NCBI GenBank assembly: GCA_030704615.1 | Contig: CM060731.1 | Location: 3,720,001-3,784,000 of the forward strand | From: Takakia lepidozioides | Lineage: Eukaryota > Plantae > Bryophyta | Direction: 5' to 3' | DNA length: 64,000 nucleotides | Shown here: positions 23,930 through 36,268 of the stretch, one piece after another | Numbering within the stretch: the first letter of the stretch is position 1 | Layout: the number at the start of each line of letters is the position of its first letter | Translations under genes and position numbers: made by a program | The notes under the pieces: model-generated | Databases searched by the model: none | What the model saw: the letters and a program-made list of their open reading frames with translations, nothing else | Told to the model about the DNA's origin: nothing

Positions 23930-24960
23930 TCAGTACATCATAGCGAAATTGAAGTGCTTTTTCTCAGGTAAATCTGTGTCTTTTGGCACTCTAAAGTGAG
24001 TTTTTTTTGTTGTCAGGGTTAAAGGCCGTGTTGTAAATTGACTTGGGATTGGTCCAGGGAATAAATTTCACCACAGACAAGTTGATGGAGGCTGGTGCGG
24101 AAATGGTAGAGATTGATAGAGTCACATGTGGATATGAGAACAACAAACAATTACATGTTGCGGATTTTCTGCATTGGCTTCACAAAGAAGCGACCCAACC
24201 ACATTAAGCGCACTTGCTACGCACAATTTCAAAAATGTTAGACAATTTCTAGGGCTCTTCGACAAAATGATGCAATTCTTAGAAGTTGAATGGCAGTCTC
24301 TGAAAGAAATAGAACCTCAAGTACACCAGCCAATAGTTTTTGGGGATAATGAAGGCATTTCAGGTCTCTGATGTCCATTTCTGAGGTTCATGTGTGAGTG
24401 GGAAAGAGAGAGAGAGACAGAGAGACAGAGACAGAAATTTCCATAGAACATGACGGTTGGAATGGTGGTTGCTTGTCAGGAACACTGCAAAACATTGTAT
24501 GCAGCCAGTATTTCCATGCAGGTCCTTCACCAGTTTCGCGATATGCAACCTGATGTAAGTAGTGTTACCATGTCTCGGCTTGCTTCGGTGGAAGATGAGG
24601 GAGATCATTGTGCATGAAGCTCAAACTTGTGATTTGAAGGTTCTTGTAGCCAAGTTCATCCCAGAGGTGATTGGAAAAGACATTGAGAAGATATCAGCCA
24701 ATATATATCCTATACAGAACACCTTCATCCACAAAGTAAATATTATGAAAGCTCCCAGAGTTGATGTGGGCAAGCTTATGGAGGTAGAACTCGCTTCCCT
24801 CCTCTAATTTAAGTGCTGGATAAGTTTCGGTTTAGTGTCGACGTTCACTGCATACATTGGTTGTTTTCTTGGCTGGTATCTTGTTGCTTGGCTGCTTTCA
24901 TGGGGATCACATACAGTGAGGAGGTGGGAGCAAAGATAGAGCGACATGTTGGTGAGTTGG
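23930..24960 (+). pseudogene. RPS3a: 40S ribosomal protein S3a (eS1) pseudogene retaining introns
   Basis: [95 protein letters not shown]|GT, YSEEVGAKIER. Frameshifted. Confidence 0.9.
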
Positions 24961-26460
24961 AAGAGCTTGAAGGGGAGCATATTGAGGTACCAGGGGTTAA
25001 ATTTCCCGTGTGTAGTGGAAGGGGAGGAGTACGAACGTAAGTTTTGCTGCAATAATTTTTGTTTTCCAGCCTACATGTTCTTGTTGGATATTAATTGAAG
25101 TGCTTTCAATGTTGCTGCAATACCATAATAAAGTGGAGGCTGCTGAATGCAGTTGGCCTTGCTTGGTGCGGACAGAATCCATTGCAATGTGGAGATGGCT
25201 GATTATAGCATTTCCAGAGGATGGTGTGGATGGCCTTGTGTGGTGCATGCAGAGTCCGTGGCAATGTGGAGATGGCTGAATGGGCAAAGGAGGCAAGTGG
25301 CAAAGAAGCCACGTCACTGGTACATAGTTGTGTGCGACATACTACAAGAAACTATACTATATGTCATTGTCATTGTTGTCCATGTGTTTTACAACAATGC
25401 TATCAATATAAGACTTCTGGTTCGCATTGGAAGCTCAATCCCTGTAAGTTCATTGTGTGTGAAGCTCAAACTTGTGATTTGAAGGATCTTGTAGCCAAGT
25501 TCATTCAACCGGAAAGGAAAAATTCTGAAAGCTCCCAAATTTGATGTGGGCAAGCTTATGGAGGTAAGACTTAGCTTCCCTCCTCTAATGTAAGTGTTGG
25601 ATAAGTTTCATTTAGTGTCGACCTTCATTGCATATATTGGCTCTTTTCTTGGCTGGTTTCATATTTTCTTGGCTGGTATGCTGTTGGTTGGCTTCTTTCA
25701 TTTCACGTGTGTAGTGGAAGGGGAGAAGTGCTTTCCTAAGTTCTGCTGCAACAATGTCTTTTTCCAGCCTAGATGTTCTCGATGGATACAAATTGAAGTG
25801 CTTTGAATGTTGCTGCAATACTATAATAAAGTGGAGGGTGCTGAATGCAGTTGGCCTTGCTTCGTGCAGGCATAATCCAGGGAAATGTGGACATAGCTGA
25901 AACCCCATGATAGCATTTCCAGAGGACGGTGTGGATGGCCTCACAATCCAGCATGCAAAATCCATGGCAATGTGGAGATGGCTGAATGGGCAAACAGGTT
26001 AAGTGGCGAACAAGCCACGTCACTGGTATATAGTTGCATGCTTACATAGTACATGAAAGCATACTATATGTCATTCCCAAAAATGACCATGTTGGTCCAT
26101 GTATTTTACAACAATGCTATCAATAAAAGACCAATGGTTCGCATTGGAAACTCAATCCCCGTAAGTGGCTTGTGCGTGATGCTCAAACTTGTGATTTGAA
26201 GGATCTTATACCTCAGTTCATTGCAGAGGTGATTGGAAAAGACATTGAGAAGGCAACAGCCGTTATCTATCCTCTACAGATCCCCTTCAATTTGATGTGG
26301 GAAAGCCGGCTGGCTGGAGGTCTAGTCTCACTTTCACTCATCTAATGTCAGTGTTGTATCCATTGCAATGTGGAGATGTTTGAAACAACATTGGAGCATT
26401 TCCAGAGGATGGTCTGGATGGCCTTTCGTGGCGTGTGCCGAATCCATGGCAAGAAAACAT
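24590..26460 (+). repeat. Three degenerate tandem units, each an RPS3a exon fragment plus PPR E-motif fragments
   Basis: GCTCAAACTTGTGATTTGAAGG at ~24619, 25464 and 26181. ALLGAxRIHCNVEMA / VWMALCGACRVRGNVEMAEW-like segments at ~25160-25290, 25860-25990 and 26355-26450. Confidence 0.8.
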
Positions 26461-26673
26461 CGCAGGCAGAACCCATGGCAATGGTACCAGCACGGGTTGG
26501 TCCAAAGCCAATTGCAACAACAAATGAAGAAAGGGTGCTGAAAGGAAAGCACTCCATAATTGATCATAAAATCCATTGTCCAAGCATGATATCTTAATGG
26601 GAATGCGAAGGGAGTGTTACCACCTTAAACTATAATGCATGGTCTATAACTGGAGTGCACAAATCTAGCATAT

Positions 26674-27976
26674 CTAATCTTCATCATCCTCATCTATGTC
26701 TGGGTCACTACATGTATCACTGTCTTCATCACAGACTTGATCTTGTCCAAGGGTTGGCTGAACATCATCACCACGTATACGGGGTGCTCGGAGGTACAAG
26801 GAGGCCACCTGCTCTGGAGTAATTGGTACCGCTCGGCTGCATGTTGGGCCATCAGTAACCAGAGTCTCCTCTAGTCTTTGTGGGGCTAACAATCCTTCCA
26901 CTTCCGCCACATCATCATTATCAATTGATATGTCGCAGACCACTCTAAACACAAAAGGTTGCTCAGAAGGTGGAAGCATACGGTTAAAATTGACCAGTGT
27001 GAAGCCAACATCATCCTGCTTCATTGACATAGGTTGACGACCCACGCGACACGCCGGTACCCACGAACACAAAAACACTATAGGCTGTGTTTGGCCATAG
27101 TCAATTTGCAAAATCTCCCTTATAAGACCCACATATCTTGTAGGTTCTTCCATGTCATTGCCTGAATTGTTGGTAATGGGTTGGTGCTGGAAAACAGATG
27201 AGACTCCACAATCAAAAGACACCATACTTGTTGTGTTCATGCCGGGGGATGTAACCCTGTAATGGTTACCATACACTGTCATACTCTTGAATGACAGGGC
27301 AATAAATGATGGAGGCCCTGAAAGATCCAGTAATTCCTCACGTGTTGTAGGATCAAGCCCATCTGATTGAATTGAGAGATGATCCCGTACACCTTGAGGG
27401 AGCCAAACAACAAATGGAGGACATGGATGCAAATCAGGAGGGTACTGAATTGCCGTGGGATTGCTCATGCCTTCCAGCCCTTGCTCCTCACGAAACAAGC
27501 GTCGTCTGGCTTCTATCCGTGTGGACTCTGCTTCATATATCCTGTCACAATCCGAGGGTCAGCCAGGAGATTGATAGAGGTGGCGTGGGAGATATGAAAA
27601 GACGCCACCAACTAATGATAAATAACTAAAACTTAGAAATCTGAATGTCAATGAAGTAGATTTCTTACCCCAACATGACTGACAGACGAGGATGGTTCTG
27701 AATGATGTACTCATGTACAATATCACATAGGTCATTCAATTTTCGGGCTTTAGAACTTCCTTCCACAACTTCACGTTCCACAGATTCTGCCTCATCTGCA
27801 TCCCACACCTTTCGTACACTTCCATCAAATCCTGCCATATACTCTGTGCAAAACCCAATGCTTCTTCAAATTGGTATCCTTCTGCCATGCTCCCCTCGGG
27901 CCTTGCCATGTTTCTTACGTAGCCCTTCATATCTTTCATTGCCCGCTCCATGGGGTACATCCAACAAGATGCTAGG
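26674..27976 (-). pseudogene. CACTA TnpD copy 2, C-terminal part (DUF4218/DUF4216-like)
   Basis: WMYPMERAMKDMKGYVRNMARPEGSMAEGY; YGNHYRV..FDCGV..YVGLIREILQIDYG..FLCSWV..DDVGFTLVN..QPFVF. Confidence 0.92.
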
Positions 27977-28701
27977 TGTCGCGCACCTCCCTTCGGTAAG
28001 CTCCCCTTCACGTCATAGTTACTCGCTTTGATGCGCGCGCCTGACTCCCAACCTGGCCGCTGGGCCAACTTGGAGCTTCGGCTGCTCACCGGGACATAAC
28101 GGTCCCCCTTCGCTTCCCACTAAACCCTCCACCTATTTGGGACTAGTGGAATTCCCTTTGGTAGATGGCAGTCCGGAACAGCTCCCCACTCTTTGGTCGC
28201 TTTCCGGCTCGCTCGCTTACTCACTAGTTTTTGGTCACCAACGGGCTTGCACCGTTCTCGGGGTTACTACTCCCTATATATACTTCTGTAGCTGTCCGCG
28301 GGGGTTTCACAACCAGCCATGCCATTTTATGGCGAACCACCACGAAAACCCTCGACTCCCGGTGATGAGTCGCGGTGAGTCTTGGCCCACTCACCACGGC
28401 CCTTATGGACCGTGATGAGTCCCAAGACTCCCCACGACTCCCACCACGAGGTCTCCGCCCCCATGGTGAGTCCTATGCCACCCCCACTAAGTCCCGCTAA
28501 GCTACCACCACCCCTTGTGGAGCCACCCCCACCGCAACCCGGTGTGCGGGGCTCCACCTAGTGAGCGCCTCCGCCTCCTTGAGTGCCTTGGGCACTCAAG
28601 GGTGCTTCAGCCCCCCATACCTATCGCTGCCGCTGCCCCCACCACAGGGGCAGCTCCTCATGTGTCTCGACCCCCTGCCCTCAAGGCAAAGGGCCGCGAC
28701 A
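27977..28701 (-). repeat. 3' LTR of gypsy copy 3
   Basis: Near-identical to 34211-34935. Confidence 0.96.
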
Positions 28702-29605
28702 CACACCCCTACCAACAGGGAGTTGATGTCCTCATCGACTTGTCCATTTTGTAGAAACGAACATCCAAGTTGTGGCGTCCCACATGAAGGAGTTTGTTTC
28801 CGCACCATGGCGTCCCATGGTAAAGAACCAAACCCCACACTTGACTCTACTCTCCACTAGCTAGTTCGGCCGACTTCCTCCAAGTCCCGGCCAAGGGTGG
28901 AGCCTCTCCAGCTCCTCCCAGTGCACTCTTCTTGGCCTACTTCAAGGCCAAGGAACGATCCTCCCGAGGATCGAATCGCCTTACTGCAACACTATTGCTT
29001 GCGATCGCTCATGATGCCGCTTTTGGCATCACCTTGAGCAAGGGTTCTTTGGAACCCTCTTTGACTAGGAAGATAACCTTGAACCAACCGTGCGCCCCAA
29101 TCACTACAATTGGGTCCGCCTTGGAATGCTGGCCTGAGGTACGGGAACACGCCGAAGCCGCACTACGACTTCGTCCCGAGGCTACACGATTATAGTACGT
29201 GACCGGAAGCACGTAGCTTCCGCATTAGCCCGCACTACAAGGCAACCCCCTCGGTAGCGCAGTTATAGTACGCGCACGCGCCAGGTGCGCACTAGCACGT
29301 GAACTCCCAAAGAAGTCGCAAGTTTCCTTGCCCCTTGGATGGGGGTCACCCGATTTTGGCACTACGCAAACACACGATTAACCCAATTTACCTCTCCCAC
29401 TTTTATAAGCTAGCATGCATTCTACACACTAGCCAACCATACCATGCATCACCATTCCAAACAAAATAGGACGCACAACATTTGGAACCCATTTCCTTTA
29501 TAACAAATTTTTGTAGAATACAAGTTTTTGTAATCGGATTCCTAAGCTAGCTAAGCCGGGCTAAGCATGCATTTCCTCCCCCACGCTCCAAGGTTGATGT
29601 CCCCA

Positions 29606-32600
29606 TCAACTCTTCTTCCGCTTTTGAGGTCGCCCTTCGAAAACTGCGACCGCCTCAGATGCGTTTCCCATTTCTGAGGCACGCACCCAAGATGCCTCCA
29701 CCTGATGATAGCCCTTCCATTTGACAAGATACTCCATTTCTCGGTTCCTGAACCTCCTCGACTTAAGTATTGCCTCCACCTCGTACTCAGGTTCATTCTC
29801 ATGATCCAACAGCATAGGTGGCGGACGCAACACTTGGTGCCGATTCGGACGCGCTTCATCTTTGAAGTAAGGCTTCAAAAGGGAGACATGGAATACTAGG
29901 TGCACCTTGCTGTTTGCCGGCAGCTCCAATTCATACACATCCTCATTTATAACCTTCCGAATGCGAAAGGGTCCCGCATACGGAGGTACGAACTTCGGAC
30001 TGACTTCCGGAGGTAGTCGGAAATTCTTGATGTTCAACCAGACCTCTGTGCCTCCCTCAAATTTCACTTCCCTCCGCTTCCGATTCGCCTGCCTTTCATA
30101 CCGTTTCCTGGCTTTGGCAATGTTGTACTTTGCGAGCTTCAACAAACGCTCGCGTTCTTCCAGTACCGCTGCTACTGCCGGTTCTTCGACGTCCTGGGCG
30201 GCCCAACTTGTCAGCACCAGAGGTGCTTTTCCATAGACCAATACGAAAGGGGAAACTCCCGTTACGGAGTGTTCTGTGTTATTATAACATAACTCTGCCG
30301 CGTCTAAGTGTTCCACCCAGTCTGTTTGGTCTGCCGACACGTAATTCCGCAAGATCTGCTTCACTACGGAATTCACTCTTTCTGTTTGGCCGTCGGTCGT
30401 AGGTCGGAAGGCGGTGCTCATCTTCAGCCTCGTCCCCATCTTCTTCCAGAGTGCCCTCCAAAATTTACTCGTAAACTTTGGATCGCGGTCCGAGACAATA
30501 TCCTTCGGGACTCCATGATGCTTTAAGACGTGGGCGAAGTAAAGTCGCCTTGTCTCCTGCGCCGTTGCCGTCTCCTTGGTGGGGATGAAATGGCCCATTT
30601 TACTGAACCTATCCACCACCACCATGATTGCATCGAATCCTTTTGACAGCGGCATAGCAGTCATGAAATCCATCGAGACGCTTTCCCAAGTCCCCTCTGG
30701 AATCGGCAAGGGTTGTAACAGCCCCGCTTGCTTTTTGTACTCGCTCCGGTTTTGTTGGCATGTGGTGCATGTCTTGACATACTCCTCTGCCTCCTCCCTC
30801 AGTTTGGGCCAGAAATACTCTTTCTTCAAGAGTGCCGTAGTGCGCTTGGCTCCGCCGTGGCCCGCAAGCGGGCTATCATGGCATTCTCTCAAGAGGCTAT
30901 CTCTGATCCATCCCTTCGGCACGTAGAGATACCGGAGCAGTCCATTTTGCAAGTGGAACTGCGATTTAACCCCCATCCTCAAGTCCTGCATCACGGACTT
31001 CGCCAGCTCATCCTTCCGGCAAGCCTTCCGGATCTTCCTTTGGAGCGCCGTCTCGCCCTTGTACACCAACAAGAGCTGCTGCTTTCTACTTAAAGCATCG
31101 GCCACCACGTTGTCTCGTCCCGGTTTGTACTGGATATCCACGTCGAACACTGCCAAAGTATCTTGCCACCTAAGTTGTTTTGGGGACAACTTGGGCTGCG
31201 TGGCAAAATACTTCACCGTGACATTGTCCGTGAACACCTTCACTGGGTTGGAACCAACATAGTGGCGCCAAAGCTCAAGACAGTGCACCACCGCCTTCAT
31301 CTCTTTTTCGTGTGTCGGCCACCGTCGCTCCACTTCATTCAGTTTCTTACTTTCGTAAGCCACTGGACGTCCATCTTGCATCAGTACACCCCCAATCGCG
31401 AAGTCCGACGCATCTGTATGTATCTCGAACGGACGATCGAACTTCGGGATTTTCAAGACTGGAGCTTCCGCCATCCGCTGCTTCAATTCAGCAAAAGCTT
31501 GGCCACAAAAAGTGTTCCATGCCCAGACTTTAGATTTACACAGAAGGTCTGACAGCGGCCCCGCAATCTTGGCGAAATTTCTCACATACTTCCGGTAATA
31601 GGAGGCGAGTCCTAGGAAGGATCGCACTCCCGGGACCGAAGTCGGAGGCTCCCAGTCCAAGATCGCCCTCACCTTTCTGTCATCCATTTTGATCCCATCC
31701 TGTGTAATCACATGCCCCAAGAACTCCACTTTCATGACCCCGAATTCGCATTTTGAAGCTTTGGCGTACAGCTTCCCTTCCCGCAACTTCTGGAACACCC
31801 TTTTGAGGTGCTCCATGTGTTCCTCCTTTGTTTTCGAGTACACCAAGATGTCGTCGATGTACACGATCACAAAGTCATCCAACCACTCCTGAAAAAGGCT
31901 GTTCATCAGCGTGCTAAAGGTCGCCGGTGCATTAGTGAGCCCTAAAGGCATCACCAAGAACTCATAAGAACCATACCTTGTCCTGCACACGGTCTTCTCC
32001 TCATCTCCTTCCGCCACCCGAATTTGATGATAGCCGGAGCGCAAGTCGATCCGGCTGAAATACTTCGCTCCTGCCAACCGGTCGAAAATATCGTCGATCC
32101 TTGGCAAAGGGTACCGGTTTTTAATAGTCACCTTATTCAAAGCCCTATAATCGACACACATCCGCAGTGTCCCATCCTTCTTGTCTGCGAATAGCACCGG
32201 GGCTCCGTAAGGTGACTTACTCGGCCGGTTATACCCCTTTGACATTAGATCCTTGAGCTGAGTTTCAGCTCGACCAACTCCCTGTGGCTCAACCGGTAGG
32301 GTGCCTTGGCAGGCGGTTCCGATCCCGGTATCACCTCAATCTTGTGGTCAACTCCTCTTCGCGGTGGCAAGCCGCTTGGTAAATCCTCCGGCATCACATC
32401 TTGGTATTTCTCCAAGATCCCCTTGATCCAATCTGGGCTCGGCTCCCCATCGCCTTCTCCCTTCACTTCTCTAATGTAAAGCAAAAACTGGGGCTCGTGT
32501 GCCTCCTCCACGGCCCACTCCCTTGCTGACAGAAGGTTTATTCGCCCTCCCACGGATTTGGGCTTTTCCGACACTCGTAAGGCCTCGCCACCATTCCCAC

Positions 32601-32931
32601 ATGGTAGCGTGACTACTCTCTTGCGGCCATCTATGACCGCTCCGGATTTGCTCAAAAAGGTCATCCCCAAAATGAGATCCACTCCATCGATCTCGCAGAT
32701 GGTGAAGTTCTCACGTCCCTCCCAACTCCCCAGTTGAAGAGGAACATCAAACGCCAACCTTGTCGCCAACTGTGGTTCTCCTTTGGCAGAACGCACCTCA
32801 ATAGAGGCCCCCACGTCACTTGTCGGGAGTCCCAACTTTCGCGCCGCCGCCGGCGTCATGAAGGAGTGCGACACTCCTGTGTCCACCAACAACGACACGT
32901 TGGTTCCGGATATTATCCCATCCACGAACAA
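29606..32931 (-). pseudogene. pol of copy 3 (protease; RT-RNase H-integrase-chromodomain 879-aa frame)
   Basis: LVDTG, YIDD, TDASD, integrase core, GPF and [22 protein letters not shown]. Frameshift near 32260. Confidence 0.95.
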
Positions 32932-32934
32932 TAA

Positions 32935-34155
32935 CTAACTCCCTTTACGCAGGGCGCCAGTTTCCTGATACAACTCACAAGAATAGTAGCCTACCTTGCA
33001 AGTCCTGGCGACCACCGCTTCCACCAAGCGACTGATGGTATCTTCCGACAGCTCCGTGGTTGCCCGAGTCATGTTCAATTGCCGAGGTTTCGTGCACTTC
33101 TTGGCCATGTGCCCGGGCTCCCCGCAATTGAAACACACTCTATCAAAGGTTGCCTTCTGTCCGCCATAAGCCGCTCCACCCGCTTTTCCTTTTGAAGCAC
33201 CGGGTGCCGCCTTGACGTGTGAAGGCCCTCCCTTCGATTTCCACGTGCGATTGTCGCCGCGTGGCCTATCCCACTTCTTTTCCGGTCGGAAGGAGTCACC
33301 TTCCCGCCGGGTCTTGTTGTGGTTCAGCTCCGTACGGCCTTGTCTCTCACCCCTATGGACATCCGAGAAACATTCAGCCCTCTCAATTGCCTCGTTCAAA
33401 GTCTTGAGTGGCTTCTCCTCCAACTTCCGCCTGGCCCATGGGGCCAGTCCCGCCACAAAATTGAAGACCATTTCTGGTTCTGCCATGTCCGCGACTTCGA
33501 GCAACAGCACATTGAAAGCCTGGACATACCCCCGAATGTCATCTGTTTGCTTCAAATTCCTCATCTTGTCCCGGGCAAGCCAGGACGCGTTGAGGGGCAC
33601 AAACTGTCTCTTCATCAATTCATTGAACCCACTCCAGTTCAAGGTTTCCGGGCTTGGGCCTCGGTCGTGAAGGCGTTTCTGCCACCATTGTTGAGCATAG
33701 CCCCTCAAATAGGTGGGAGCCACTTCCACCCGATCCTCGTCACTCAACTTGGCCGCCCGGAAGTACTGCTCTAGCTCCAGGAGCCAGGTGTTGAGTGCCT
33801 TCCGATTTCGGACGCCCTCGAAGGTGCCGGGTTCCTTAGGCTTCACTTTAAACTTTGCCTTAGTGGAAGTGGCATTAGCCGCCTTCAACACGTCTTTCAA
33901 CGTCCCACCAAACTGCGCCAACAACCCTTCCCAAAAGGCTGCCGGCATGGGAGGCATCTGTTGGTCGGTCGGAGCTCTCACGGATTCCTCGGGCTCCGAC
34001 TCCTCGGATTCCTCCCGCTCTTGAGCGGCCTCGCTTTCAGAAACCTGCGTCGCTTCCTCAAATGGCCGCTTCGGTGACACGTCGCCCCCATCGGGCTCAC
34101 CAGGATCATCATCTTTTGGGCCGTTCCGCTTTCGCTTTGGCTTGCCCGACCCCAT
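32935..34155 (-). CDS. gag of copy 3 with zinc knuckle; premature TAG before the protease
   Basis: 406 aa, CFNCGEPGHMAKKC. Copies 1 and 2 have CAG at the stop position. Confidence 0.9.
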   Translation of the reverse strand: MGSGKPKRKRNGPKDDDPGEPDGGDVSPKRPFEEATQVSESEAAQEREESEESEPEESVRAPTDQQMPPMPAAFWEGLLAQFGGTLKDVLKAANATSTKAKFKVKPKEPGTFEGVRNRKALNTWLLELEQYFRAAKLSDEDRVEVAPTYLRGYAQQWWQKRLHDRGPSPETLNWSGFNELMKRQFVPLNASWLARDKMRNLKQTDDIRGYVQAFNVLLLEVADMAEPEMVFNFVAGLAPWARRKLEEKPLKTLNEAIERAECFSDVHRGERQGRTELNHNKTRREGDSFRPEKKWDRPRGDNRTWKSKGGPSHVKAAPGASKGKAGGAAYGGQKATFDRVCFNCGEPGHMAKKCTKPRQLNMTRATTELSEDTISRLVEAVVARTCKVGYYSCELYQETGALRKGS

Positions 34156-34210
34156 GATGAGGCCAATCCCAAGGACGATCGCGTACTAAACTCTAAGCTC
34201 TGATACCAAG

Positions 34211-34935
34211 TGTCGCGCACCTCCCTTCGGTAAGCTCCCCTTCACGTCATAGTTACTCGCTTTGATGCGCGCGTCTGACTCCCAACCTGGCCGCTGGGCC
34301 AACTTGGAGCTTCGGCTGCTCACCGGGACATAACGGTCCCCCTTCGCTTCCCACTAAACCCTCCACCTATTTGGGACTAGTGGAATTCCCTTTGGTAGAT
34401 GGCAGTCCGGAACAGCTCCCCACTCTTTGGTCGCTTTCCGGCTCGCTCGCTTACTCACTAGTTTTTGGTCACCAACGGGCTTGCACCGTTCTCGGGGTTA
34501 CTACTCCCTATATATACTTCTGTAGCTGTCCGCGGGGGTTTCACAACTAGCCATGCCATTTTATGGCGAACCACCACGAAAACCCTCGACTCCCGGTGAT
34601 GAGTCGCGGTGAGTCTTGGCCCACTCACCACGGCCCTTATGGACCGTGATGAGTCCCAAGACTCCCCACGACTCCCACCACGAGGTCTCCGCCCCCATGG
34701 TGAGTCCTATGCCACCCCCACTAAGTCCCGCTAAGCTCCCACCACCCCTTGTGGAGCCACCCCCACCGCAACCCGGTGTGTGGGGCTCCACCTAGTGAGC
34801 GCCTCCGCCTCCTTGAGTGCCTTGGGCACTCAAGGGTGCTTCAGCCCCCCATACCTATCGCTGCCACTGCCCCCACCACAGGGGCAGCTCCTCATGTGTC
34901 CCGACCCCCTGCCCTCAAGGCAAAGGGCCGCGACA
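34211..34935 (-). repeat. 5' LTR of gypsy copy 3
   Basis: Followed on the - strand by CT-TGGTATCAGAGC. Confidence 0.96.
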
Positions 34936-36030
34936 CTACGGGCCCGCATAAGTACAACTCATCCACTAGGTGAACAACTAGATGTGTCATCACATCAAAA
35001 AATGATGGTGGGAACTCCTTCTCTATAAGACACAGAGTGACAACTGCTTCAGTTCTCAATTCCTCATACTCTACAGGATTCACCACTTTTGCACACAACT
35101 TCTTAAATACCCGACATACTCGCAAAATGACCCTTCGAGGACCACTTGCCATGAGCCCACGGATAACAAGCGGTATAATTTGCTGCATGAGCACATGATA
35201 GTCATGTGATTTCATGCCAGACAATTTCTTCTTCACCACATGCTTTTTGAAAGCTGATGCGTAGCCTGTTGGCACTTTCAAGTTCTGCACAATCTCCAGA
35301 AAGACTTGTAACTCAGCCTCAGTGAGGACATAAGGGGCAGGAGGCATAATTAACGTATCTGTTATGTCAGGATCACGTTGTAGCCACAATTCCGGGCGCA
35401 TCCCAAGTAGCTCCAAATCACGGCGAACTTTCAATGTGTTTTTCTCACCAAAGATAGTTTTAATAATATTTTCAGCCAAGTTCTTCTCGCAATGCATTGC
35501 GTCAAACATGTGGCGGATGAGGAGACCCTACAAAATGAACACATAAGCAATTGAGCATTTACTCATCACAATTTAAACAGAAAACGCAAAAATGTACACA
35601 GCCAATTTAAAGGCCATGAAGGACTTACCTCCCAATAAGGTAAGACATATAAAATTGACAATCGCTTAACTCCATGAGTTTTTGCTAGGTCTGTCCTGCT
35701 ATCTGGCGTCCCTCCGTTTTCCACCCATGCAGTGCGAGCTATTGCAAGCTCCTTGATTTGTGTTCCAGTCTGCGTTTTTGGAGGAGTTCCATGTTCAGTA
35801 GCGCCATTGAACATTCTTGACCTTCTATATGGATGATTGCGGGCCAAAAATCTTCGGTGGCCTAGGAAAACAGTTTTTCCACATGTGTGTAACTGCTGTG
35901 AAGTCACCCCGGGTCCACAAGCTGGACAACCAGCATAACCTTTCGTCACTTGACCTGAGAGCAAGCCATATGCAGGGTAGTCATGGATTGACCACATCAA
36001 CACTGCCCTCAGTGTGAATTCGCGTTGACC
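34936..36030 (-). pseudogene. CACTA TnpD copy 2, central part
   Basis: HDYPAYG..GHRRFL, same intron as copy 1, FDAMHCEKN, GMKSHDYHVLMQQ, FPPSFFDVMTHLVVHLVDE. Confidence 0.93.
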
Positions 36031-36268
36031 TCATAATGACCACTTTGTGTTGAATGTCTATATCGTCACAGAGTAATTGTAGAGCGGCATGTGAACCAAA
36101 TTGATCGTGTGACCATATTTATATTGATCTTTGCAAATAATTTGCAAGACAAACCACAACATATTAATTAATACCTTCCAAACATCTATTGGTAGCACTA
36201 ATAGACATTCGTTGCATGTATTCATAAAGCTTCTTTAGAGAATTAAATTGAGTGGTCTTAAACCTTAA

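Larger units (their letters stand above)
27977..34935 (-). mobile_element. Full-length Galadriel-like gypsy copy 3 inserted in TnpD copy 2
   Basis: Two 725-bp LTRs with about 6 substitutions by eye, PBS at 34197-34208, PPT beside 28702, TSD CTAGG/CTACG. Removing the element restores ..LCGPVASCWMYP.. in frame. Confidence 0.97.

Noticed and set aside
1000-35000. Many 60-290 aa ORFs antisense to gag-pol or within LTRs
   Set aside because: Shadow frames of GC-rich retroelement sequence, repeated only because the elements are repeated.
15063-36030. TnpD copy 1 and copy 2 as two halves of one gene
   Set aside because: They overlap by ~530 bp with substitutions. The true partner of copy 2 is the 38691-39704 fragment.
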